A stretch of 64,000 nt of DNA from Marsupella aquatica (lineage: Eukaryota; Plantae; Marchantiophyta). This document shows positions 26,733-39,538 of the stretch, in pieces (the first letter of the stretch is position 1; each line of letters begins with the position of its first letter). The stretch is taken from the NCBI GenBank assembly GCA_973895155.1, contig OZ316894.1:3090131-3154130 (forward strand). The letters are read 5' to 3'. The translations under genes and the position numbers were made by a program. Below the pieces are notes generated by a model. The model was not told where the DNA came from. It made no database searches and saw nothing but the letters and a program-made list of their open reading frames with translations.

Positions 26733-27058
26733 AAGTTACACATGCAAGTACTAACACATCGTTAGAAAAAAAAACGTATACTAACACGTCGTTAGAAGCA
26801 GACATGCATTCTCACACAAAGGCCACATACTCTCGTCTACATGATCTTCATACATGATGTTGTTCACCAGTTCACTTGGTTATCCATTTACTTCTATACC
26901 TACTATAAAATTCGTTTGCTATATATCCATTACTGTTCAAATTATCAGTGATCCCGATCGCTGAAATCTCGCCTTATGAATTACACGGCTCTAGGGAAAA
27001 CCATGTTCCATTTATTGAGATTTTTTAGAAGTATCCATGCGACTAGGAAGGTGAAGAT

Positions 27059-29770
27059 CTAGGAGGGGTCATTCTCGTCAGCATAGATGATCTGGAGGGG
27101 CAGGCGCGGAGACGCGGTAGCTTCAAGAGGAATAGCTTTAGGACAAGTCAATCCCTCCCCTTCTCCAAGGTCGACATCCTCGGGGCTGACTCCTGGAGGA
27201 AGTTGCCAGTTGCAAGCGTGGAGTAGCACCGCCAGTGTGTACTCCACTATGAGGAGGCCGATGTTCCTTGCCGGGCAGCTTCTCCTGCCTGAGCCGAAAG
27301 GTAGGAGCTCGAAGCCCCACCCAACGGAATCCGTATTGTTCGTCAAGAACCTCTCCGGATCAAATTCCAAGGGACGTTTCCAAGTGTCAGGGTCCCTCCC
27401 AATAGCCCAGACGTTAACGAACACTTGACAATCAACCGGTATCTGGTACCCGGCTACCTCACATAATTCCATGCTGTAGTGGGGAAGCAGGATAGGAAGG
27501 ACGGGGTGCAGTCGAAAGGTCTCCTTTACTACAGCGCGAAGGTACTTGAGGTTGGGAATGTCGGTCTCCTGCACAAGTCGGTTTGACCCCACGATGGTAT
27601 CCAGCTCCTCTTGGGCTCTTCTCAGAGCCGCCGGGTGTTTCAAAAGCTCTGCCATTGCCCACTCCAGAGTATTATTTGATGTGACCGTCCCTGCCACGAT
27701 GGAGCCCTGCACTTCCACAGGCAAACTTTAATTAGATGCATAATTGGACATCAAAAACGCATCAGCCTCGATGCATGCTGGACTGCGAAGCTATGGTCCA
27801 CTATATATATAACATCCCATTCAACTAAAGCCAAGTAGTGGACCGGGGACTACATTAATTCCTTCGACTAAAGACCACACAATTAGGTTCATTTAGTAAT
27901 TGTACACAAGCTTTGAGGGCACCCTCTTCTGGCCATGAAATGCTTTCAACGCCTCTCGGTGAAATAGTACGCGCTTCAATGCAAGAGCCATGAAACAGTT
28001 TCTACCCGGAGATGGAATGGAACTTATTCCGATGAGAAGCTCCAGCCATGAACCACTTTCAACTCGGCCGACTATGGAATCGAATATTGTTCCGATGAGA
28101 GGAAAGTAAGTCCATAGGTCCCTGAAGTTTCGACCAGGATCATTACCAACCGTAATCATCTTGCATTGCGGGCCGGGTTCCTGAAAGCCTCAACGACTGC
28201 CATTTATTCGCTTGCGTTGGCCTGGTTATGTAAAGTTTACCGTAAGTATATGAATGGAAGCTTGCCCCGACAATCGCGAATTTGATCACTCGTTAATTAT
28301 TTTTTGTGAAGACTCACACTATGCATCTTGCACACAATTAACCAGAAACGAAAGTTTGCGAGCACCTTGAAGGATGGATGGCGAATTAAATGAGCGTCAA
28401 CTGAACTATAGAGGTACCGGAAAGTATAGTTGCAAGTTATTTGCGTCTAATTCACTGTACCAGCAAGATGGCCCTGATTTGATCCTCAGTAAGGGGCTTG
28501 TCATTGACTTCGCTGGGACGAGTCAGCAGCACATCGATAAAGTCCCTTGTGTCACTCTTGGTGAACTCCTCAGAAGACTTAGAGCCAGCTACCTGCCGAT
28601 GCTCGTCGATTACTTTATCAAAGAAGACGTCGTTGGTTCGTTGCACTTTTAGCATTTCCTTTTGGTAGCCTTGTAGATCAAAACTCTGAAGGAATGGGAC
28701 GTAATCTCCGTAGTCGAAAACGCCCATCAACCTGGCGAGATCATTTATGACTCCTTCGTACTCGGCGGCTTCTTTCAAATTGGATGCGCTTGAATTGGGC
28801 CCGAAAAAGCTCTCGTTGATCAACATTTGAGTGATGTTGTTCTTTGTCATCAGCCCGATTTTTTTGCGCAAACTCACATGTTTTCCCATTTTGCATTCTT
28901 CAAGTGTAGAATGTAGAGTACGCATGACCAGCTTTTTCCGCAGACTTTGCACAAAATAACGGAGTAGCAGGTTAGCTGCAGGCACTCTACACTGTTGTTA
29001 TCCTTTCTATTCCCCCGGAAGACATGTAGCCAAATGAATGTACATAAGTTTTCACTTCTCTTATGACAGAAGAGAACAAAGCAACGTCACCGATTCAAAC
29101 AGCACAACAGACTTCAATAAATGAACCGCAGCCACTAAAATTTCAGAGTCCAAGAAGGAACATATCTCACAGAGTAAGTAAATGGAAATACAAGGTTTCA
29201 AATTATGGAAAATGCAACGTGACAGATCTCCCAGTCCAGTGAACCAGAGATCAAGCTGATCAATATCGTAGCCTAGAGCTGAACCTGAAACTGTTGGATT
29301 CGTTTGTGGGTCAGCAACTGCACAGTGAGCAGCTTACGCGCGTAGCGCCAGTACGGTCCGTAGCTCGCGCTGCCTATCGTCTGCCTATTGTACCCCATAA
29401 TCACACCCTGAGCGAAGTTTGGTCTCGAGGCAAAGAGATGGTCCTTTGTTTTGAGGATCACTTCAGCGATTTGGGGGGACGACACGATGACAGTGGGGAC
29501 CCGTCCAAGGCGCAAGTACACGATAGGTCCATACTCCTTCGCAAGCTTGGCAAAGTCCAGATGGGGAAGACGTCCCAGCAGCCCCAGACTCCCGATGATG
29601 GGCCATGGACGCGGTCCGGGAGGCAATCGAAGATCATTTTCCAGGCTTCTACGTCGGCCTTTCAGTTTGTAGTAGAGTACCAGCACCACCGAAACTGCTA
29701 TAGCAGAAGACAGAAAGACCTCCCGCAAATCTACCTCCTGACAACGGAAATGAGCACGAAAAATTTCCAT
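27059..29770 (-). CDS. Cytochrome P450, CYP71 clan (A-type); exons 29770-29285, ~28946-28461, 27706-27059
   Basis: N-terminal anchor, LPPGPRPWPIIG, YGPYWR, AGTVTS, KETFRLHP, FDPERF, PFGSGRRSCPA heme motif. The intron-1 acceptor reads CAA instead of CAG. Confidence 0.9.
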
Positions 29771-30149
29771 GAAAATCCTGTTTGCTAAATCTCACGGTTA
29801 TTCGATTTCGATCGGGACCGGTCTATCTGCAGTCTCTTAGAGAACACTTCAAAACTACAATACGCTCGAGACAAAGAGCATGATCGAAGAGTCTTACAAC
29901 GACTTCAGCTTAATGCACTGATCGTGTGCATTCCCCTCAGTATATATATCACACTGACAGGAAGGCCAAACCGGGAGACAGGGGTCCCAAAGTCGAAAGG
30001 ACCCAATAAAGGGAGGGGAAAGAAAAGCCCCCAAGAACACCAAAGAGCCCCCACAAAGTCAATTTTATATTCATGCAGTCCCTACAGTCCCAATTTTATA
30101 TTCATGACTAGCTCAATCCCAGTGCGGCTTTGCACAATAGATAGAAGAT

Positions 30150-30505
30150 GCCGAATATGTTGTTGCATTTAAGATGTCATATAAATTGTTGCACAATAGA
30201 TAGAACATACCGTAAATATGTTGTTGCATTTAAGATGTTATATAAATTGTTGTATTTAAGTTGTTGTTAAATAAAAGATGTCATTGAATAAAATATGTGG
30301 TTGCTCTAAGATGTAGTTAAGTAAAATATGCTCTTGTGCAAAAAATGTAGTTTACTAAAAGATATCATTGGACAAAAAATATCAATGCATAGTAGTTGAC
30401 TTTGTGCTAAAGATGTAGCTCAAAAAATATCATGCTGTAAAAGATATCTTTGTTAGAAATTAAAGACCTCATTGCTTAAAAAAATTGTCAAGTGAAAGAT
30501 GTCAT
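30150..30505. repeat. AAGATGT-rich degenerate repeat array, same family as 300-560
   Basis: Repeated aagatgt(t/c/a) and tgttgttgcatttaagatgt units. Confidence 0.45.
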
Positions 30506-31574
30506 GACCCAAAGTGAGGGGACAACCATCATTCACCAAAATACAACAAAATGATAATGATTTTTTTATTGTTTTTGTCATTCTTTTCTTTTTAAACCAT
30601 ACTCTCCCCGGCCCCTTGCCCCCAATCCCCCCACCCCCCTTCTTTTTCCTTCTTTTTTACTATTTTTCTTTCTTGTCTCTGTCTCATTACTACTTTATTG
30701 ATTATGTCATATTTGCAATCAAACTCCTCTCATGATGTAAAACTCCTCTTATGATGTAGCACTTCCTATGCATGGATGATATGGCATGGAGCATAGTATG
30801 ACATGGATGGTAAAGGGAGCAGCATGGACGGTAAAGGGGAAGTAACTCTTTATCTGTCTTTTGCTTGGAGAAACGTGTTCACACCAAACACAATTATTTC
30901 TACTTATTCCTTTCTCTTTTTCCAATTCCCTTTTCTTTCAGTCAAAAAGCCCTGCCAATTAAATTCCGTTTTCTTTCACTCAAAAAGCCTAGCCAAATTT
31001 GAATGATGACCAATTTAAAAAGACGCAACCCTTCTGATTTAATCTGGTGTTTTTCTTCACTAAAAAAATAAGAAAATTAGTTGTACGTGGACCCCCTAAG
31101 TATATTGTTTAGTATTCACCTTAATAAATTTTGTTTTTTGAGTTTTCTTAGAGGATCCTTTGTTGGAATTGTCTCCTCTAGAGGAAACTAAAGTCAAGAG
31201 AATACATTGGGTTATTTCTGCTGTTGTTAAATTAGATACTACATAATAAATTCTCAAGGAAATCCACTTAGCTGGCGCTTCGGAAGTTAATTCTTTTGGT
31301 TTGTGATTTATCAAATTTTGGTTTGTTGGTTAAAGTCTATATATGAACTGCCTTGGAAGACTGCCTGATTAAGCCTTGTCCAAAATGTTTGTTAGGGCAT
31401 TGAATATCTTCAAAAGCCTCAGCTAATTATTTGAATTAGTCTGATGACTAGAGTAGTCAGTCACAGGCTCTGAATGTCACAAAATACTTGAATGCCTCTT
31501 TCTTAAGATGTGACCAACCTTGAGCAATCCTACCAAAATCTAGTCAGAAACCATAGAACCATGTTAATTATAAA

Positions 31575-31925
31575 CAGCTTTTAACTAACCTTTCCCCAAA
31601 TTTACCCAGTATTGCTAACATGCCCCCCAAAACAAAATTAATTATCAACATGTCCCCCATTTCAAATTTGGGTTAATATTAACTTGTATAGTTACGGGTT
31701 CCCATTTCCATGTGGCAAGTTGCTACTGGATAGCCTGAGCCCACTGCGACACCCCTTGGCCCCCCTTCCTTGGCCCCACTTGGCTATGGGAACCCATATA
31801 CGAGTTAATATTCACCCAAATACAAAATGGGGAACAGATTTATAATTAATTTTGTTTAATTTGGGGGACATGCATGTTAATAATATTATTGGGTAGTTTA
31901 GGGGACAGGTTAGTAAAAATTTGTC
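31575..31925. mobile_element. Foldback MITE with ~130-bp imperfect inverted arms
   Basis: actaacc..catgccccc..aacaaaattaattat..gggttaatattaact..gggttccca mirrored by tgggaaccc..agttaatattcaccc..ataattaattttgtt..gggggacatg..ggttagt. Confidence 0.7.
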
Positions 31926-32389
31926 ACAGTAAATGACTAGCGCATACCCGGGGCTGTAAATTGACTCTCCTTTAGATTGGCGCTTCCAGGGACATCTAGT
32001 ATGTCAAACTTGAAATCAGTATAATAAGAAAGAGCCATTTACAACTTTGGTGATAACCAAATTTGCTGAGCAAACCTTTGTACCGGTTAAGATAAAGCAG
32101 CAACATACTCACAGGAGCACTGAGTATGACTCTTCAATAATTGGCTTTGTAGTTCCTATGAAAACATCATTGGGGGATGGCCATCACCAGCTAGGAGATT
32201 TCCAGGCACCATCAAGATGCATGAGCAGAAGGATTAAATCATGATGTTCATAGTGTGACCTAGCTTTGGTTGATCATATGCATCCCTCATTGTTTGCCAG
32301 CTAGAAGCAATTTATCATCCTACTTCATTGCATTTTTCTTGAGCTTTCCATATCTGATCACTAGTAGAAACCATGCTCTATTTAGACCC

Positions 32390-32660
32390 TATTAAACCAC
32401 TATTCACCACCGTTTAGGACTTGCAAAATACTGGGCGGGACTACAGTCCTTTATAAGACTGTGAGTCGTATGTTTTGTTACTACAATCCACTGAGTCCTT
32501 TATAGAACTACATGATCAGTCGTATAATGGACTGGATTTTCAGTTGTTTATAGTCTTTGTATGGGTAGCTTTGGTGAGTCGTTTTCAGTCTTTTATGGGA
32601 TGCTCGGGTGAGTTGTTGGGAAGGACTAAAATGGTGTTAGTGGGTAGTCTTTAAGAATAC
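32390..32660. mobile_element. Possible decayed MITE with gagtc/gact internal repeats
   Basis: Weak terminal inverted match: ccactattcaccaccgtttag vs ctaaaatggtgttagtgg. Confidence 0.3.
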
Positions 32661-33129
32661 TTAATGGGTTCATAAAACGACTAAAGGAGATACTTTGTGG
32701 GGTTTGTATGAGTCTTTCATGTCAACTGGGAATGAGTGATGAAGACCCCGTTGTGCTACTTGAATGAACTCACTCTTGTGCACAAGTAACACATTTCATT
32801 CATGTTCTTTTGTGTATAATCACTCTATAAACTCACCATTCACCATGTTAACATTAGAACACATAGTTTTAGAAAGCCTTCTTCTATACCATGTACACTT
32901 ATATGAAATGACACATTCAAACATATCACAGACCAGCACATTAGACATGTACACTAATATGAAATGACACATTCAAACATAATTATCATAGACCAGCACA
33001 TTAGGTCACAAAGCATTCTTCTATACTGCGTACACTATAGGGAAAAAACTTTCTTAATATAAAGGTCAGCACAGTTTGTGTGCGATTTTGTTGTCCCTAC
33101 CCTCAAATGCTGCTTGGTTATGCTGTATC

Positions 33130-33590
33130 CTGCCACCCGGGTTTGACCTTGCCCGTCAAATTGGGCGTTGGGGGCCGTCAATCTGTCATCCCGGTCGCCC
33201 GGTCTCCCGGAGTCACGGTCGGGTCCGAGTGGCAGGGTCAGGCCAGATTTGGGCCCGGTGTTAAAAGTGTTCGGAAGGGGTTTGGGTGGGTCGACCTAGC
33301 CGGGTTTGGGTGGGCTGGGGCGGGGTCCGGGGGAGTCTGGGCAGGGTGGACCCGTACCAGGTTGGGCCGGGTTCGGTTGGGCCAGGGTTGGGTCTGGGGA
33401 AGCCCGGGTGGGGTTAATTTGGGGCCAGGGTTGGGGTTTGGGCTGGGACAAGCTGGGGTCTGGGGGAGTCTGAGGGAATCAGACCGAATATGCATCAACT
33501 TGCACATTTTTTGGCTGTCATTTGACAGTTTTAGGTGTCCCAAAAGCCGTCAACTTGCCTAGCTGTCAGGTTCAATCTGGCCTGCCCCTT
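33130..33590 (+). repeat. G-skewed GGG-run island, probably a non-autonomous DNA-transposon interior
   Basis: Dense gggtt/gggtc/gggct runs at 33220-33480 in an otherwise AT-rich context. Confidence 0.5.
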
Positions 33591-36500
33591 GATACATTTG
33601 GACATATGGGGACATTCACAGTCAGTCAATTCATCCATTACTTTGGTCAAAGGCCTGGTCAAAGGTCCTTTTTTTTAGGAGGATGTTGTGTTTGCACAAT
33701 TATAGCAGCGGTGCCACCTTTGTCAATAATTGACTACACACATATTCAAAAGATAGTAGCAATCCAAAGGTGACAAAAAAAGTAATGTTGGAGTATTGTA
33801 AGAACAACACTCACAAGTGAACGTTTTTATAAGCACTCCGCTGAGCACTCCGCACAACCCCTGAATCTTCAAGCAAAACATGTGTTGTAGGAATTGCAAA
33901 AGTCTGGTCCCTTCTCTTGGAAGCCGCCAAGTGCCAGCGATAACCGGCCTTACCCTCCTGTGATGTTCATCCATGTACATTGCAGCATAAGTGTAGACAA
34001 AATATTTCCAACTAGTCACCCGTGGATAAAGCTGACCTGATCCACGTTTCTCAACTGAAATATGGTTTTGGGCATGTCATTGGCTTGAATATGTACACGA
34101 CAACACACAACAAGCCTTGCCTTGCAAGAGCTTATTAGCGTGCCATCGTGATTGGGCCATCATGGGATTCAGCAATAGCCAATGCTTCTCCGTGCTTGGA
34201 ATTGGTAAAGAAGGAACACTCCGGGAGACTCAGACAACAATTTTGCTCCTGTCATAGCCACTTCCTGCCATACAATGGTATCCTATAGGAGTTAAATCAA
34301 GTGGAATTGCCCCATTACAATTTCTGTTTCTCCTTCTCCTCATTTGCTCTCCATTTTCTCCTCCAGCATTTGCCACATCGATCTTGTCATACCTGAACAC
34401 TCCTTGAAGCGTGAAAACTTGGCATTATCGAGCTGCCCATGTTGTCCAATTCAACAATCGGATTTCTGATAACATCAGACTTTGATTCAACTCGACTCAC
34501 CCCATTTGTTTGGTTGAAAATTTGTGAGCTTTAAAGTTAAATTCAACTTGATACAATTCCACCCCATCCACTCACTCAGCTCAACTCAGTTGGTTATTTG
34601 TTTCAACATTCATTGTTGTTCCTTGTCCCAATTCCAAAGTTGGGAATCCATCAACTTTCAAATTTCAGTACATTCAACAAAACTGAATCATTCATTTGCT
34701 CAACCTCACCGTCCCTTTTCCCCAATTGTCTAAGTGTCCAAGATTAAACTATATCTGAGCTGAAGTGACTCCCTTCTCTATGCAATGCCCAGGATCTCAA
34801 AGTGCTAGATATTGCATGAAAACTCTCATCCAAACCCTGCTCTCCAGTAATTCCAACATTAGATATAACTAACTACTTTTGGGAGGATACAAAATTCAGT
34901 TTCACTGTTTAAACACTCATATAGTCATAATTTGCTGTCCTGAAAAGTCAAGCCGGTAACCTCTTTCCGGGCAGGAGTTACATACGGTAGTGCAGGGCTG
35001 CGGGGCAGGGCTACGGTTATAGACTGTAACCTGCTCCTGGAATATTCAAAGAGCTTTTTGGTTGCTGCGGTCAGCTTCATATTCAGGATGCAAGTTTATA
35101 GCCTAGTAACCCTGCGCCCAAACCTGCATTATTTACCCTATACTGTAGATATGTTGTGACGCTCTGTTAGTGCCTCACACATTAATTTATAAATGCAGAA
35201 CTGGTCTTGTTATGACCTGGGTGCATGTGGAGGTCAGATCTTGGTGATGGTGTTTCTCCTTGTTGGTCTTCCCTCGTCCTTCGGCTGTGGTCTTGGTTTT
35301 GACCCTTCCTCCCTAAGGTGAGGTTTTCTTGGCTATCGTGGGATATGGATCTGGCTCTATCTCCTAGCGGCTGTGGTCAAGTTGTTTAGACAGCGCTAGC
35401 AGATCGATACGGAAAGCAGTTGGAACGGAAAGTTCTTTCAACGTCATTCAATTTGATCATTTCAAAGGAAAGTACGTTCAATTTGAAAGGGTTTTCCTGA
35501 TCTATTTTATCCAATTCAGTTTGGATCTCTCTGTAGTACTGCAAGCTTTGTTTTGATTTCTTAGATTGCCAACACGTGAAGTGACTGTACCTTTTTATTT
35601 CTTCCCTTTCTTTACCTCTCTTAATGGTGATACTGTCGTAACTACTCTATCGGAGTACTTTTATCAAGATCTCTCAACCATTGTTTTTCTTTCCTTTCTT
35701 TACATCTCTTACTACTGATACTGTTATGTTGAAGTATTGTTATCTGTGATTGAAAGCCGTGACAACAAAACTCTTGCACAAAAGATGGAATGAAATAATG
35801 CGTACTGCTTTCATTCAGGAGAGAGTACAAGTAGATGTCAAGATGGACATCAAGTTTTTTCCCCGGAAAAGGAGAAAGGGGAATTTAAAGTAAAAAATGC
35901 CAGGTGAAAAGCCAGTGGGGGTGCGCCTGGAGCAGCGTAGAAACTAAACTAAACAGTTGTCAAGAAACAGGAGATCAACAAAATAGGTAAACAACAGACC
36001 CTCAGATCTTCTGAAAAAACAAATGTCTGCTACAAAGGCAAAGACTGTAAAGCTAGCATCTCTACAAATCTAGCAAATTTAAGCCCTTGGTCCGGAGAGG
36101 CTTTGTGAAGCCATCTGCGAGCATAAGAGTTACAAGTAGATAAGTATTTTATCTCAATCACACCAGCTTTGACTTGCTCACGAATGTAATGCCACTGAAC
36201 TCCAATGTGCTTAGTGTAAAAATGATGCTCAGGATTGTATGTGAGAGAAATAGCCGGTTGGTTGTCACCATAGAGAAGAACACGTTGGGCATCAGCCAGA
36301 GTATAACGTAAGTTGAAAAGTAACTGGCGCAGCCACACTGCTTCTTTACAAGCCAGAGAATAAGCTAATTATTCAGATTCAGTAGAACTCGTTGCAGTTG
36401 TTGGTTGTTTTCAAGATTTCCAAGAATTAGAGCCACCACCAAGTTTTAAAAGATAGCCGCTAGTGGATTTTTGATCTGAGTTATTGTCTGCAAAAGAAGT

Positions 36501-36914
36501 GTCAAAAAATCCAGAAAATCCCAAAGAATGAATCTGTAAACCAGAAAATTTGTGGATACCAAAAGTGAGGCCAAGATATATGTCGAGTGGTATTGAGATA
36601 TCAAAAGATTGAAGTGCACTTTCATGAGTCAAATCCAGTTTATGAGCAAATTGCCCAAGCTTCGAACACCGTTCAGCGATGTCGGGACGAGTCCATGCTG
36701 CAAGATCATAAAGCAAGGAGCCAATCATAGATTGATAGCATTGTCTATCATTATCAGTCGCTTGAGATGTAGATGGAACAAAATCATCAGTACACGTGCT
36801 TGGAGAAGTAAGAGGTAAACTAGAATTGAGATGAAATCGTTGCAGGATCTTAAGAGTGTAAGGCGCATGACCCAAATATAGAGTGCCATGGGAACAATCT
36901 TGGGTAATGGTCAT

Positions 36915-37307
36915 GGTCAAGTGCAAGCTAGAGGGGTACTGAAAGGATCTCCATTTTCTCCACCAAAAGGACAAAGGTCCTTGGTAAAAGCAATCACTAG
37001 AGGGCAAAATTAAAGACCAAAATGTTACATGGAATGACCAGGATTGTTTTGGTGAGATTGAAAGGTTAGATCATGCATGCCAAATGTTTGGAAGTGTGTC
37101 CAAATGTTTTGGAATTCTAGAAGCGTGCCCAATCTTTTTGGAAGTGTGCACAACATTGTTGACACTGCCCCCAATCGTTTGGAAGTGTGCCCAACCTTTT
37201 TGGGAGTGTGCTTAGCTAAATCTTAATGACATTTCTAGTCCTTCCCCTCTCCTTTTTGAGCTAGTCCTTGGGGACTCCTTCGGTACCCCTCTAGCTTGCA
37301 CTTGACC
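36915..37307. mobile_element. 393-bp MITE inserted in the copia RT
   Basis: 29-bp TIR ggtcaagtgcaagctagaggggtac(t/c)gaa; 4-bp TSD TCAT; removing it restores the frame YLGM-TITQD. Confidence 0.9.
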
Positions 37308-38743
37308 TCATGCCCAAATAATCAGATAACTGACCAAGGTCTCTGAGTTCATAACAAGCGGTGAGCTTGTCACGAATGTTATGGATTCCAGATAACGTTG
37401 GTGAGACAAAAATTAAAGCATCAACCCAAAGGACGATTAGCTCCCCAGCAGAATTTTGTACGACATAGGGATTAGAATGTTCAAAGTGGTATGAAACCAA
37501 AAGTAGTGCATATTCCACAATCTCATGATACCACATCCGAGCAGATTGTTGAAGACCATAAAGAGCTTGAATAAGTAGCCATACAAGCATGGCACCATTA
37601 GCATCATATGTCTCGTATCCAGTTGGAGGCCTTACGTAGATTGGTGTCGGTGACTTCAGTAAAGCATAGATAAAATCCGTGACCACGTCAAAGCTGTAAG
37701 CCTCATAATTATGCATGGTGACTAGTGCCAGAATAGTGCGGATTTAAGTCTCAGGCCAGACAACTGATGCAAAAGTAGAATCGTAATCAATTCCAGGACT
37801 TTGCTTATCCCCTCGAACCACAAAACATGCTTTGTAAAGTCCGTCACGCTTAAGATTGTAGACCCATTGGGATGGTAATCTGAGTTGAGCACCAGCAGGC
37901 AGTGGTACTAGATGAGCCACTTTGAGTTACTTTGTGGAGCTGATTGATTTCTTGTAATTCAACTTCTCTCTAGTGAGCAGCATCGGGCCTTGCCATTGCT
38001 TGAGTGTGAGTGTTGGGAACATCCGAGGGAAAAGTAGAAAACAATGCACTTTGATAAGAGTAAAGGAGAGTTGGCAGAGTGTTTATAAGAAGGTGTTGAT
38101 GTAGAAGTAACTGAGAAGGCTGACGGAAAGGCTGAGAGATAATAGTTGCATCTCGAAAACGAATAGGAGGAACACCTTTAATATTGGATCGAAAAGAAAC
38201 ACAGGTGATCACGGGAGTGGCCTGCAAATCTGCATGTAGTTCCTCAAGTGGCAAAGTACCAAGAGGAGGAGGAATAATCGGAAGAAGTGATTGGTGAGGT
38301 AAAGGTAGATTGACAAGAGGTATTTCAACATTGTCAGGATTATCAGATGGACAAATACGTTGGGGAACAAAAGAGGGGACAATTTAAATCTCCACGTAAT
38401 CAGGGGAAGAAAAAATTGTAGACTTAGGAATTTTAAAAGATGAATCACGCTCAGATGTTTCATCAAAATGCACATAAGCAGATTGAATAATGGAGGAATT
38501 ATGTGGAAACCAAATACAAAAATTTGGACCGGTAGCATAACCAACGAAGTAACCTTTTTTGGCCCTCGCAATAAATTTGTCACCACGGAGACGAGTCTCG
38601 GGGGGAATGTGAACATATGCAAGGGCACCAAAAACATGAATTCGGTCAAAACAGAAAACGTAAGGAAGGTGTAAAACGGTAGCAAGGCGAGAAGCAGGAG
38701 ACTTAGATAGAGGATTAATAGAAGTAGGTGAGTGGAGGCTTTA

Positions 38744-39039
38744 CATCATGCCAGGAAATAGGAAAATTATTTCTTGTTATGAGCAAAACTTTACTGCTAC
38801 GAGTAAAAATGAAATATAAAAGATGTATCATTAATCTCAAATTTTTCAAAATATTTTTAAATGGCTAGCACCAGGCGCTACTATTACTAGCTTTGGGTGC
38901 TAGTAAAAAAATGTCAAAAATATAAACCAAAAAAAAAATTCCAAAAGAAATTCTCAAAAAATTCTCAAAAAATTCTCACCCATTTGCTGTTTAATGTTTG
39001 TTGTTTGTTGTTTCATTTTTCCTGTTTCCTAACACGGTG
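38744..39039. mobile_element. AT-rich MITE inserted in the copia integrase
   Basis: Diverged TIR catcatgccaggaaataggaaaa vs ttttcctgtttcctaacacggtg; interrupts integrase sequence; TSD unclear. Confidence 0.6.
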
Positions 39040-39195
39040 GTTATACATGGTGAGTGATTAGCAAGGCATGTTGCCGTCAAAACCGCTTCTGGCCAAAGCA
39101 GTTTGGGAAGATGAGAGTCAATCATCATGGCTCGGGCCTTAGCAAAAATTACTCCAATGGCGCGTTCAGCAATCCCGTTCTGTTCGTGATGATAG

Positions 39196-39538
39196 TGTTA
39201 GGTATTTACTCAAGGTCTAGGGTTACAGCATGTAACCGTAGTTAGACTAACCGTAGTCGGAGACGTGGTTAGGTTAACTAAGATGCACACTATATGCCAA
39301 GCGGTGTTTGCTTGGATAAGTGGAACTTAGGCTCATTGTTACGGAGCCACTTGAGAGATGAGGAGAGCTTACACTGTGGAGACTTGGTTTAGCCGACGGG
39401 CTTAGAGTTCAATAAATCTCTCTTGTGTGTTCCCATGGACGTAGTCTTGAGGAGGTGAACCACGTATCTCTTGTGTCGACTACTTGCGCGTTGGATGTGT
39501 CATGTGCTTACCGTTACGAGTGTTGTTTATGCTCAACA
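39196..39538 (+). mobile_element. Solo LTR nested in the old copia integrase
   Basis: Closely similar to 8463-8804; TG..CA ends; splits the SSPY/HHEQNGIAER motif; TSD degenerate (gatag/aatac). Confidence 0.9.

Noticed and set aside
33080-33562. Gly-rich 160-aa and Pro-rich 101-aa ORFs
   Set aside because: Explained by the low-complexity GGG-run composition; no domain or splice evidence
33720-34450. Possible transposase relic
   Set aside because: No recognisable catalytic motif; cannot be supported without a search
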